A DNA stretch of 64,000 bases from Desulfatiglandales bacterium (GTDB taxonomy: Bacteria > Desulfobacterota > DSM-4660 > Desulfatiglandales > Desulfatiglandaceae). The notes beneath the pieces are model-generated. The model saw only the letters and a list, made by a program, of their open reading frames with translations, did no database searches and was not told the DNA's origin. Shown piece by piece: positions 40,526 through 48,822 of this stretch. Each line of letters starts with the position of its first letter. The first letter of the stretch is position 1. The DNA lies in contig OY759599.1 of the NCBI GenBank assembly GCA_963662465.1, forward strand, positions 7,392,001 through 7,456,000, written 5' to 3'. Position numbers and translations under genes: made by a program.

Positions 40526-41884
40526 ATGGAAATTGAACCAAAATTAAATAAACATTATGTACCTTCCGGGCAATACCGGATCGACGGTAAAAAACCGGAA
40601 ATTCTGGAAGCAATCCTGGGAACCTGCGTGGCGGTCTCCCTTTGCGATCGCCATGCCCATGTGGGCGGATTGATTCATTTGCTTCTGGCTGAGCCGCCCG
40701 ACATTCATGATACCTGGGAGCCCTTAATATATGCCAGGACGGGTCTCCCACTATTTATCCAGTCCCTGTGCGATGCCGGTGCCCGGATGGAAAGACTTGA
40801 AGCCCATATGGCCGGAGGGGCGCTTATGGGGCCTTTGTCTTCCACGGATCTAGCGCTTGATATCGGCGGCCATACGGTTGAGGTTGTTGAACAGATATTG
40901 AAAAGGGAAGGGATCAGCGTCATTAGAGGGGAAACAGGCGGTTTTTTTTCTTGCCGTTTGAACCTTAACCTGTGGTCGTTGGAAAGTCACATCGAACCCT
41001 TGGATACTCCGGGGAATGGGTTTCTGGAAAAACCCATTGAACGACCGACAAAAAGGGAGATTGAGGCGGCCATTAAACGGGTCCGTCCCATTCCTCAAAT
41101 CGTTCTGAAAATTATTCGGATGATACGAGATGTCAATGTCAGCATGAAGGACATTTCAGAAGAGTTGCGGAAAGACCAGGTTTTAAGCGCTAAGGTCCTC
41201 AGGTTATGCAATTCGGCGTTTCTCGGCAGTGGGCGGGAAATTGACGCCGTGGACAGGGCATTGGTTTTTTTGGGAGAAAAGCAGTTTTTACAGTTGATCA
41301 TCTCTTCTTCCGTGGAAGATTTCTTCCCGACCACCGAGAAGGGGTATTCTCTGTCCAAGGGGGGTATTTATAAACATGCCCTGGGAACCGCACTGGTTTC
41401 CGAGATGTTGGCAGACTTCGTTGGCGGGGTTCCCTCGGATATCGCTTATACGGCGGGTCTACTTCACGACATCGGAAAGGTTGTGCTGGATCAAAACATG
41501 GCATCCGCATACCCGTTTTTTTATCGACGCATCCGGGAGGACGGCGTGAACCTGATCGACGTGGAACGAGAAGAATTCGGCGTTGATCATGCCCGGCTGG
41601 GCGCCCGGTTGGGAAAAGAGTGGTCTCTGCCGGATAATCTGATCGATGTGATCCGATACCACCACAGCCCGGAGGCGGCCACCGTTGACCCCCGTTTATG
41701 TTACGTGGTGTATCTGGCCGATTTGATCATGTCGCAATTTCTGGCCGGGCAGGAATTGGAAAGACTGAACGCCAATGAATTGGGAACGCGGTTGGGGGCA
41801 ATGGGCATCAAGCCTGAACAACTCCCAGAAATTATTGACGGCATTCCCAGTCGGATTTTTCGTGATGCATCGCTGCATTTCTGA
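40526..41884 (+). CDS. CheD-HDOD fusion protein
   Basis: CheD-like LGTCVAV...GGLIHLLL...AGGA...IG, followed by HDOD (DQVLSAKVLRLCNSA, AGLLHDIGK, DHA, IRYHH). Confidence 0.88.
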   Translation: MEIEPKLNKHYVPSGQYRIDGKKPEILEAILGTCVAVSLCDRHAHVGGLIHLLLAEPPDIHDTWEPLIYARTGLPLFIQSLCDAGARMERLEAHMAGGALMGPLSSTDLALDIGGHTVEVVEQILKREGISVIRGETGGFFSCRLNLNLWSLESHIEPLDTPGNGFLEKPIERPTKREIEAAIKRVRPIPQIVLKIIRMIRDVNVSMKDISEELRKDQVLSAKVLRLCNSAFLGSGREIDAVDRALVFLGEKQFLQLIISSSVEDFFPTTEKGYSLSKGGIYKHALGTALVSEMLADFVGGVPSDIAYTAGLLHDIGKVVLDQNMASAYPFFYRRIREDGVNLIDVEREEFGVDHARLGARLGKEWSLPDNLIDVIRYHHSPEAATVDPRLCYVVYLADLIMSQFLAGQELERLNANELGTRLGAMGIKPEQLPEIIDGIPSRIFRDASLHF

Positions 41885-41914
41885 TTCAATCATCTTGCCC
41901 AATTCATCTATGGC

Positions 41915-42907
41915 TCACATGCCGGGCAAGCCCTTTCGAATCTTCTTTGAAAAGTCGGCCGTTGCATCTGCTGCCTTGGCCCGATTATTGATCATGCTTT
42001 TTTGTTTCAGCGCCTCAAATGGGAGGGATTGATTCAGCAAACCATTCTCATAGGCGAGTTCATCCACGCTGCCGTTGAGCAGAATGCGCCGGTCCCATTT
42101 GGTTTTTCCGGTGTAAGGACGAGTGTGACCGCGAATCTGCGTGGTGCAGTTGCCGGTGAGGGCATTGTACCATTCAGGATGGGCTTTCAGTCGATTGATA
42201 TAATGCAAGTAATTGAAGAATATGTCGCGAAAAACCTGGTTTGATCCCTCAATGCGATATAGGTAAACGATTTCCCCTTCTCGATAATGGGTGCGAAGAC
42301 GTACCAGGTCCCGTTCATCCGCCACCACATATATCAATTCATATTGCCGGAAGAACCCTTTGATGGTCGAGTAGCCTTCCCCCTTTTCTTTCCGGGTTTC
42401 GATGGAGATGCACAAATAATCGTCGCCCTGAAAACCAAAGCTGATCATGGTGTGGGAAATATATTTGATCCCCCAGTTCACCAGGTAGAGGTCAATATAC
42501 TTAAGTTTAGAAATGTCGAAAGTCTTGTCGTAATAGCGGACCGTATAATCGGTTTCGGTGCGGTAGTCGCAATTGCGGATGTTATGAACCGTTACCCGAT
42601 TCCCATCAATCTCGGCATATGGGAGGCACGCCACATCCGCCTGCCAGTCCCTGTTGTTGGAGGGTTTCATGGAAAGCCAACCCAGGAGGACGATGGCAAA
42701 GAGTCCGGAAAAGATCGCATATGCCAAACTCCTTGGATGCAGGAAAAGCAGAATTGCCAACTGGCAGAGGGCAAAGAATGCGGATAGGATGGGTCTGACC
42801 GGTTCCGGCAAAGAAGAGAAATAGATGGCCAGTATCCCCCATGCGGTCATTCCCGACAACACCAGCCAAAGTGCCATTTTGCCGATCACTACAAAGGTGA
42901 ATCTCAT
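41915..42907 (-). CDS. DUF4105 (Lnb-like) membrane protein
   Basis: Three N-terminal TMs, PSNNRDW, NIRNCDYRTETDY, HTMISFGF, SIETRKE, YNALTGNCTT. Confidence 0.82.
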   Translation of the reverse strand: MRFTFVVIGKMALWLVLSGMTAWGILAIYFSSLPEPVRPILSAFFALCQLAILLFLHPRSLAYAIFSGLFAIVLLGWLSMKPSNNRDWQADVACLPYAEIDGNRVTVHNIRNCDYRTETDYTVRYYDKTFDISKLKYIDLYLVNWGIKYISHTMISFGFQGDDYLCISIETRKEKGEGYSTIKGFFRQYELIYVVADERDLVRLRTHYREGEIVYLYRIEGSNQVFRDIFFNYLHYINRLKAHPEWYNALTGNCTTQIRGHTRPYTGKTKWDRRILLNGSVDELAYENGLLNQSLPFEALKQKSMINNRAKAADATADFSKKIRKGLPGM

Positions 42908-43239
42908 AATTTTCCTGTGATTTCTATTTTTTTAACCGTTAACCGACAACTGTAAACCGTGAACAGTTACGTTGAGGCATCCATAATGGCAATTGTTGGA
43001 AAAAAAGACAAATGGAAAAGCATTCTGTAACTTTTTCCAATTGTTTGGATCTTTTTTTCCAGGGTCGTGGGTTTCCAGGGTTACGCTTCCAAGGGATTAA
43101 AACGTTGACAAAGAAAAGCAATAACCTTATTTTTTAGAGTATGTATGATCTTTTTGTTGTTTCAAATGTTTATCGCGTGGTTCGGGTGCGCTGGACGGCA
43201 CTTGGCGTTACGATCAACCCGGAGTTTGGAGGTAGTCTC

Positions 43240-45747
43240 ATGAAAAGTAATTTTCAGAAGACGTTGATTCGTCCTTATGTAATCCTTTCCTGGATGGGTT
43301 GTTTGACGCTGATTTTCCTCGCCGGCTTTGTTCTTCCCACATTTGCCGACGGCTTAAGGGTGGGGATGAACCTGAACAGCGTCGAAGACTGGATGCCGGA
43401 CCATGTTTTTGTGGATGTGTTCAAAAAATCCCGGGACTGGGTCACCCGGAATGCTGATGGCTCGGGCCCTTGGGACAGTGAAAAAGAAGTCTATATCCCA
43501 AGGGATGAATTCGGATGGCCTACCCAGATCCCCTTTACCCCGACCGATGGCGGTCCCTCCCAGATTGTTCACACGATTGTGACCGTCTTAAAGGGCGGGA
43601 CCTATGCCCTGTATTTTGAAGGTCGGGGGTCTTTTATGGTTGGCGGCAGCGGCGCGGGGTATCAGGCGGTTGCGGCGAATACGCCGGGGGAAAAAACAGT
43701 ACCCGTGGCGGTGGTGTTGGATGATGACGGGCAGGGGACCATCTGGATCCAAATTCAATCCACGGACGCAAGTGATTACCTTCGGAATTTCAGGATGATT
43801 ACCCCCGGTTTCGATGCCGCGTCCCTTTCCGATCCTTTTTATCCCGACTACAAGACAAAATTATCTGATTTCAGTCTGTTGCGGTTTATGGACTGGGGGA
43901 GGACCAACGCATCCCCGGTTCGATCGTGGAGCGACAGAACCCGGCCGGATCATAATACCCAGTGCCGGGAATCGGGGGTGGCTCTGGAGGTTATGATTCA
44001 GTTGGCCAATGACCTGAATAAAGATCTGTGGATTTGTATCCCTCATATGGCTGATGACGGGTTTGTGGAAGAGACCGCGCGGATGTTGAAAAACACGGTC
44101 TTACAGGGGCTCAAAATTTATGTGGAATATTCCAATGAAACCTGGAATACGGCGTATCCTTTTGGCGGGGACGGCATTGGCCAGACAGACTGGGTTCAGG
44201 ACCAGGGGGTTGCCATGGGGCTCGACAGCGACCGATGGCAGGCGGGGCAGAAATATGTGGCTTACCGTTCCGCACGGATCTGGCGGATTTTTGAAATCAT
44301 TTTTGGGACCGAAAGCGCCGACCGTCTGGTAAAGGTCATGGCAACTCAGTCCCATGGTACGGCCATTACCACCGCCCGGATGGAAGCGCTTCTGGATTTG
44401 TCCATAAACCCCTTTGCCGTGGCGCCTGATATTCTGGCGGTTGCCCCGTATTTTGGCGGTGGCGTGGCTGATGACTTGGTGGCGGAAGGGGTGGTGGACG
44501 TCATTATCGTTCCGGAAATCCTTGCCCGGGCCGCTTCTCATCTTCGGGAAGAGGTTTACGTCGATATCGCGGCTCAGAAGCAGCAGGCGGATGCCCATGA
44601 TTTATGGCTGGTAACTTATGAGGGCGGACAGCACCTGGTGGGCACATTGGGCAACGAAAACCATCAGGCTCTGACGGATAAGCTCATTGCCGCCAACCGC
44701 GATTCCGGCATGGGTGATCTTTATGTGGAATATCTGGACGCCCTCAATGATGCGGGCGTTGCGCTCTTTAGCAACTTTTCGTTTATTTCCGAGCCCTCCA
44801 AATGGGGTTCATGGGGCGTTTTGGAGTCTATCACTCAGGAAACCGGAACGGCCCCCAAATATCAGGCTTTGACGGACTGGATGACGGACAATGCCCCTTC
44901 AAATCTGGCCCCCAAAGCCAGGCCGCCGGAGGATATTGTCGCAATCGATACCGATGGCGACGGCGAGGAACCCGTGAGCCTGGATGGGACGCGATCCCGG
45001 GATCTGGACGGTACCCTCGTCCATTATGCCTGGTATGTCTCAGGATCTGAAATTGCAACCGGTTCGACCGCGATTGTTGTCCTGCCGGTGGGAACTTATG
45101 GTTTTGAACTTGAGGTTGTCGACAATGCCGGGGCAACGGACCGGGAATTATTCCAGGTGGTGATAGAATCATGTAGTGTGGCGTCGAATGATTTCTTGAA
45201 ATCGGATTTTACGGGGGTGGCGCCGGCGAATCATACCCCATGGACCCTGTCAAAAAATGTCGCGCCAGGTATCTCCTATGCAGGATGGACCCTGGGGTCC
45301 GGCGCCATGGCCTCGAATAGAGATGGCGTTTTCGCATATTTCATTAACAATGGGGCTGATCTTTCTACTCTGGCCGAGGCTGTCGCCACGAACCAGTACG
45401 CCTCAGTCCGTCTGGAGCCTGAAGCGGGATACGCTTTAGACCTTTCAGGCGCTCCGGTTCAGCTGACGGTTCGACGTTATGACAACCACGGGGGGCATCG
45501 CTATGCGGTGTTTTCCAGTATCAATGGTTTCGAAGTGGGGCACGAGCTGTTCGTTTCGGAGCATTTTGACAGTTGGCATACGGAAGATGCGGTGCTTGAA
45601 TTCAATCTTCCCGTCGATGGGTTCGCAAACATTCCGGGACCCGTGGAATTCAGGATCTATCCCTTCGAAGCCCAGTATTACGGAAAAGAGACCTCTGTAG
45701 CGGGTTTTGTTCTCCATGGCGCCATTCATGCGTCTGCACCGTTATGA
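43240..45747 (+). CDS. Secreted putative glycoside hydrolase (clan GH-A-like) with PKD domain
   Basis: Signal peptide; LRFMDWGRTN, YVEYSNETWN and YEGGQHL motifs; PKD LDGTRSRDLDG..VHYAW...LEVVDNAG. GGAGG RBS before ATG 43240. Confidence 0.65.
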   Translation: MKSNFQKTLIRPYVILSWMGCLTLIFLAGFVLPTFADGLRVGMNLNSVEDWMPDHVFVDVFKKSRDWVTRNADGSGPWDSEKEVYIPRDEFGWPTQIPFTPTDGGPSQIVHTIVTVLKGGTYALYFEGRGSFMVGGSGAGYQAVAANTPGEKTVPVAVVLDDDGQGTIWIQIQSTDASDYLRNFRMITPGFDAASLSDPFYPDYKTKLSDFSLLRFMDWGRTNASPVRSWSDRTRPDHNTQCRESGVALEVMIQLANDLNKDLWICIPHMADDGFVEETARMLKNTVLQGLKIYVEYSNETWNTAYPFGGDGIGQTDWVQDQGVAMGLDSDRWQAGQKYVAYRSARIWRIFEIIFGTESADRLVKVMATQSHGTAITTARMEALLDLSINPFAVAPDILAVAPYFGGGVADDLVAEGVVDVIIVPEILARAASHLREEVYVDIAAQKQQADAHDLWLVTYEGGQHLVGTLGNENHQALTDKLIAANRDSGMGDLYVEYLDALNDAGVALFSNFSFISEPSKWGSWGVLESITQETGTAPKYQALTDWMTDNAPSNLAPKARPPEDIVAIDTDGDGEEPVSLDGTRSRDLDGTLVHYAWYVSGSEIATGSTAIVVLPVGTYGFELEVVDNAGATDRELFQVVIESCSVASNDFLKSDFTGVAPANHTPWTLSKNVAPGISYAGWTLGSGAMASNRDGVFAYFINNGADLSTLAEAVATNQYASVRLEPEAGYALDLSGAPVQLTVRRYDNHGGHRYAVFSSINGFEVGHELFVSEHFDSWHTEDAVLEFNLPVDGFANIPGPVEFRIYPFEAQYYGKETSVAGFVLHGAIHASAPL

Positions 45748-45775
45748 TATTGCCCTGATTCCAAGGTTTTCCGTC

Positions 45776-47533
45776 ATGAAAAACATGAAAAAAAGAATTC
45801 TTTACGCCGAGGCCAATTATCAGGCTATTGTCCGCGAAAACGGCTATTTTGTGGACAAGACAGCGTACCTTGCCAAACTGGAATCCGTGAAGAACCCGGT
45901 ATTTCTGCGGCCAAGACGGTTCGGGAAGTCACTCTTGTGCACCATGCTGGAGAGCTATTACAGCGTTCTTTTTAAGAACAAATTTGATGAACTCTTCGGA
46001 CATACCTGGATCGGCCGGAACCCGACGCCGCTGCACAATTCCTTTTTCGTGCTTCACCTGGATTTTTCCACTGTAGAAACCGGTGAAATGGCCGTCATGG
46101 AGGAAAGCTTTGACAGCACGGTTAACCTGGAACTGGAAAATCTTGTGCATCTGAACAGAAACCTGTTTAAGGATGCGGTAACCCTCAATCGGGAAAAGAG
46201 CGCGACCGATAATCTCAAGAAGGTTTTAAAATGTATCGCTCGTGAACACCTGCCGGAGCTTTACATTATCATCGATGAATACGACAACTTCGCCAATCAG
46301 CTCATCACCGGCCACAAGGATCAGCTCTACAGGCAGCTCATGGCGGATGAGGGATTTTTGAAGACTTTTTTCAAACTCTTGAAGGAAGGCCGAAAGACCG
46401 GGGCCGTTCACAATGTGTTCATCACGGGCGTGCTGCCCGTCACCATCGATGAACTGGCGTCCGGGTTCAATATTGCCAATTTCATCACCCTGGAGCCGGA
46501 TTTTGAGAACATGTTAGGGTTTACCCAGACCGAGGTGGATTATCTGCTGAATGAAATTTATCAGGATTATCAATTCGATCCGGCCACCCGGCCCGAAACC
46601 GACGCGGTCATCAAAAGCAACTACAACGGGTATCACTTTATCCATCCGGATGGAGAACCCGTGTACAATTCCACCATATTGATCTATTTTCTCAACTACT
46701 TCACGAGATACGGCGAATATCCGGAATATCTGACCGACCTGAATCTCAAAACCGATTTGATGCGGGTGCGGCGCATCACCGGTTCAAATCCGGAAAACAC
46801 CAAAGAATTTGTGGATCAGCTTCTCCTTGAGGGAAGCATTGGATTCGACAAAATCTATTTGATCTCCAAATTCAATATGAGCCGGTTTTTTGAAAAGAGC
46901 TTTTTCCCCATCTCCTTTTTTTACCTGGGCATGTTGACCAGGAAAGACGAATTCAGCCTTACCCTTCCCAATCTGAATATGCGCCGGATATTTGTGGAAT
47001 ATTTTAATGAACTGCACCATATTGATGTATCCACCCGCTACAGAGAGATCATGCAGAACTTTGTCAATGATCTCGATTTGCAGGTCCTGTTTGCGGGATA
47101 CTGGAAAGAATACGTTTCTCAGCTCCCCGAGGCGGTCTTTCAACAGGTCAATGAAAATTTCTATCGTACCACCTTCTATGAACTGTGCAGCCGCTACCTA
47201 TCCAAGTGGTTCGTATGGAATGTGGAGCGCTCCTACCCAAAAGGCCGCACGGATCTGGAATTTGTGGGCAAATACAGTGAGTGTTTTGCCGGGGTTCGCA
47301 TGGTGATTGAATTTAAATATTTCAGTAACACGGAATTCAAAAAATTCAAAACCGCCATCGATGATTTTGAACCGCGGGAGGAAGACACAACGCAGATTGC
47401 CGGCTATGTGGAAGGGTTGAATCAGGAATATCCTGAAGCAAAGGTATCTCGGCATGTGATTTACTGTGTCGGAAATCAGGGGTTCCGGGTGTTTGACCTG
47501 ACCCATAATTCCCCAGAATCTTCTACTTCTTGA
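45776..47533 (+). CDS. AAA-ATPase-like protein with C-terminal PD-(D/E)XK nuclease
   Basis: YFVDKT, RPRRFGKSL, IIDEYDNFAN, FITGV, GRTDL...VIEFKY. Confidence 0.88.
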   Translation: MKNMKKRILYAEANYQAIVRENGYFVDKTAYLAKLESVKNPVFLRPRRFGKSLLCTMLESYYSVLFKNKFDELFGHTWIGRNPTPLHNSFFVLHLDFSTVETGEMAVMEESFDSTVNLELENLVHLNRNLFKDAVTLNREKSATDNLKKVLKCIAREHLPELYIIIDEYDNFANQLITGHKDQLYRQLMADEGFLKTFFKLLKEGRKTGAVHNVFITGVLPVTIDELASGFNIANFITLEPDFENMLGFTQTEVDYLLNEIYQDYQFDPATRPETDAVIKSNYNGYHFIHPDGEPVYNSTILIYFLNYFTRYGEYPEYLTDLNLKTDLMRVRRITGSNPENTKEFVDQLLLEGSIGFDKIYLISKFNMSRFFEKSFFPISFFYLGMLTRKDEFSLTLPNLNMRRIFVEYFNELHHIDVSTRYREIMQNFVNDLDLQVLFAGYWKEYVSQLPEAVFQQVNENFYRTTFYELCSRYLSKWFVWNVERSYPKGRTDLEFVGKYSECFAGVRMVIEFKYFSNTEFKKFKTAIDDFEPREEDTTQIAGYVEGLNQEYPEAKVSRHVIYCVGNQGFRVFDLTHNSPESSTS

Positions 47534-48368
47534 CGATGTTGACGCCGTGCTGCTTCAGCGATTCAGCCAACGCTTCATAATGGGTTGGATCATCAAAAAC
47601 AAAGGTTTCGGCTTCCGTATCCAGGAGATCGAAAATGGAATGCGTCCCCTTCAAAAGATCAACGGCGCCCCCCACAACGCCCCCTAAGACGCTGCCGATG
47701 CTTTTCTTTGGCTCTTTCTGTCCCTGCATTTTTTTCTTCAATTCTTTCATCTCTTCCGTTGACGCTTTAAAACGCTTGACGACTGTCATGACCGAGGAGT
47801 TTTTGGCTTCGCTTTTATTGCCGATCAGTCGCCCGCTCGATTTGCTTAACAGGTTCATGGTTTGTTCATAGGCCTGAACCAGATAAGAAGGCGACAGCAG
47901 TTCCACATGATCGACCATCAGGAGGGGGTATGCCGCCAATTCTTTCGGAGGCCCCCGAAATCCCAGCCGTTTCATGGCAATTGTCCCGATTTGCGATCCG
48001 ATAAACGTCCCTGCGGCGATGGGTATCCATAGGCCGGTACTGATTTCGGCGAGGGCGGCCAGGGCTGCTGCCGCACCTCCGGCGGACCAGCCCACCGCCC
48101 ATCCGGCACGGGCGCCCGCCAGTTCCCCGAGGTATTGCAAAGTTTTCTCCACGCCTCGGGATCTGATCATTTGTACGCCCAAAAGATCCATGATGGTTTT
48201 TGGAAACCACAAAATCCCATGATCCAGTGAAAAGGCCACGACGCCTCCCGATGCGGGGGCGAAGGTGAGGCGGTCTTCTTTCAACCCAAAATGAAGGAGT
48301 GTGGCCAGGATTTCAGGAGAGCCGGGCAAATCCTCAGGTAAAAACAGCCCGTTTTCAATGGCAATCAT
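47523..48368 (-). CDS. Hypothetical protein with glycine-zipper segments
   Basis: Long ORF containing GARAGWAVGWSAGGAAAA, GTFIGSQIG and GSVLGGVVGGAV. Start inferred downstream of the promoter. Confidence 0.6.
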   Translation of the reverse strand: MIAIENGLFLPEDLPGSPEILATLLHFGLKEDRLTFAPASGGVVAFSLDHGILWFPKTIMDLLGVQMIRSRGVEKTLQYLGELAGARAGWAVGWSAGGAAAALAALAEISTGLWIPIAAGTFIGSQIGTIAMKRLGFRGPPKELAAYPLLMVDHVELLSPSYLVQAYEQTMNLLSKSSGRLIGNKSEAKNSSVMTVVKRFKASTEEMKELKKKMQGQKEPKKSIGSVLGGVVGGAVDLLKGTHSIFDLLDTEAETFVFDDPTHYEALAESLKQHGVNIVKK

Positions 48369-48408
48369 TTCTTTCGTCAACTCCGATGGTCTTGATGAGA
48401 ATGGGGAA

Positions 48409-48437
48409 AGGATAAATAGCAGGCTTATTATTGTCAA
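48409..48437 (-). promoter_or_regulatory. Possible sigma70 promoter
   Basis: Minus strand TTGACA, 17 bp, TATCCT. Confidence 0.5.
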
Positions 48438-48488
48438 CCGGAATTTTCCGCCATACTTGGGACTGCGTCAGGTTTGGAAGATGTACTG

Positions 48489-48587
48489 TCATGGGAAAAG
48501 CTTCCACAAGAGCTTGACGGCAACTGCCAGCAACACCACCGCGAACATCTGTTTAATCCATCGGGCCTTCATCTTCTCTTTTTTGGC
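48489..48587 (-). pseudogene. C-terminal fragment of a TauE/SafE (TSUP)-type transporter
   Basis: Minus frame reads AKKEKMKARWIKQMFAVVLLAVAVKLLWKLFP*, like the last helix of TSUP exporters. An in-frame stop lies immediately upstream. Confidence 0.5.
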
Positions 48588-48796
48588 TACTCACCATATT
48601 TGGAACAGGAAATACAAACAACCTTTCCATCAGTCCCCATTCGGAGCTTGTTGACAAATGTGACTTCTCCACAGTTATCACAGCGTTTGGCTTCGAAAAC
48701 CCCCTTGCCCGGTTTAAAATCCACCGTGTGGACTTCGCCAATATCCAGAAACTGGGTTTCGGGCAGGCCTTCAGTCCTTTTTTCAAATGCCTTCAT
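48587..48796 (-). pseudogene. C-terminal zinc-finger fragment of an FmdE-family protein
   Basis: LPETQFLDIGEV...FEAKRCDNCGE...GKVVCISCSKY. The FmdE N-terminal domain is absent. Confidence 0.6.
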
Positions 48797-48822
48797 GGGT
48801 AGAGACTGATTCGCCGAGGCCT

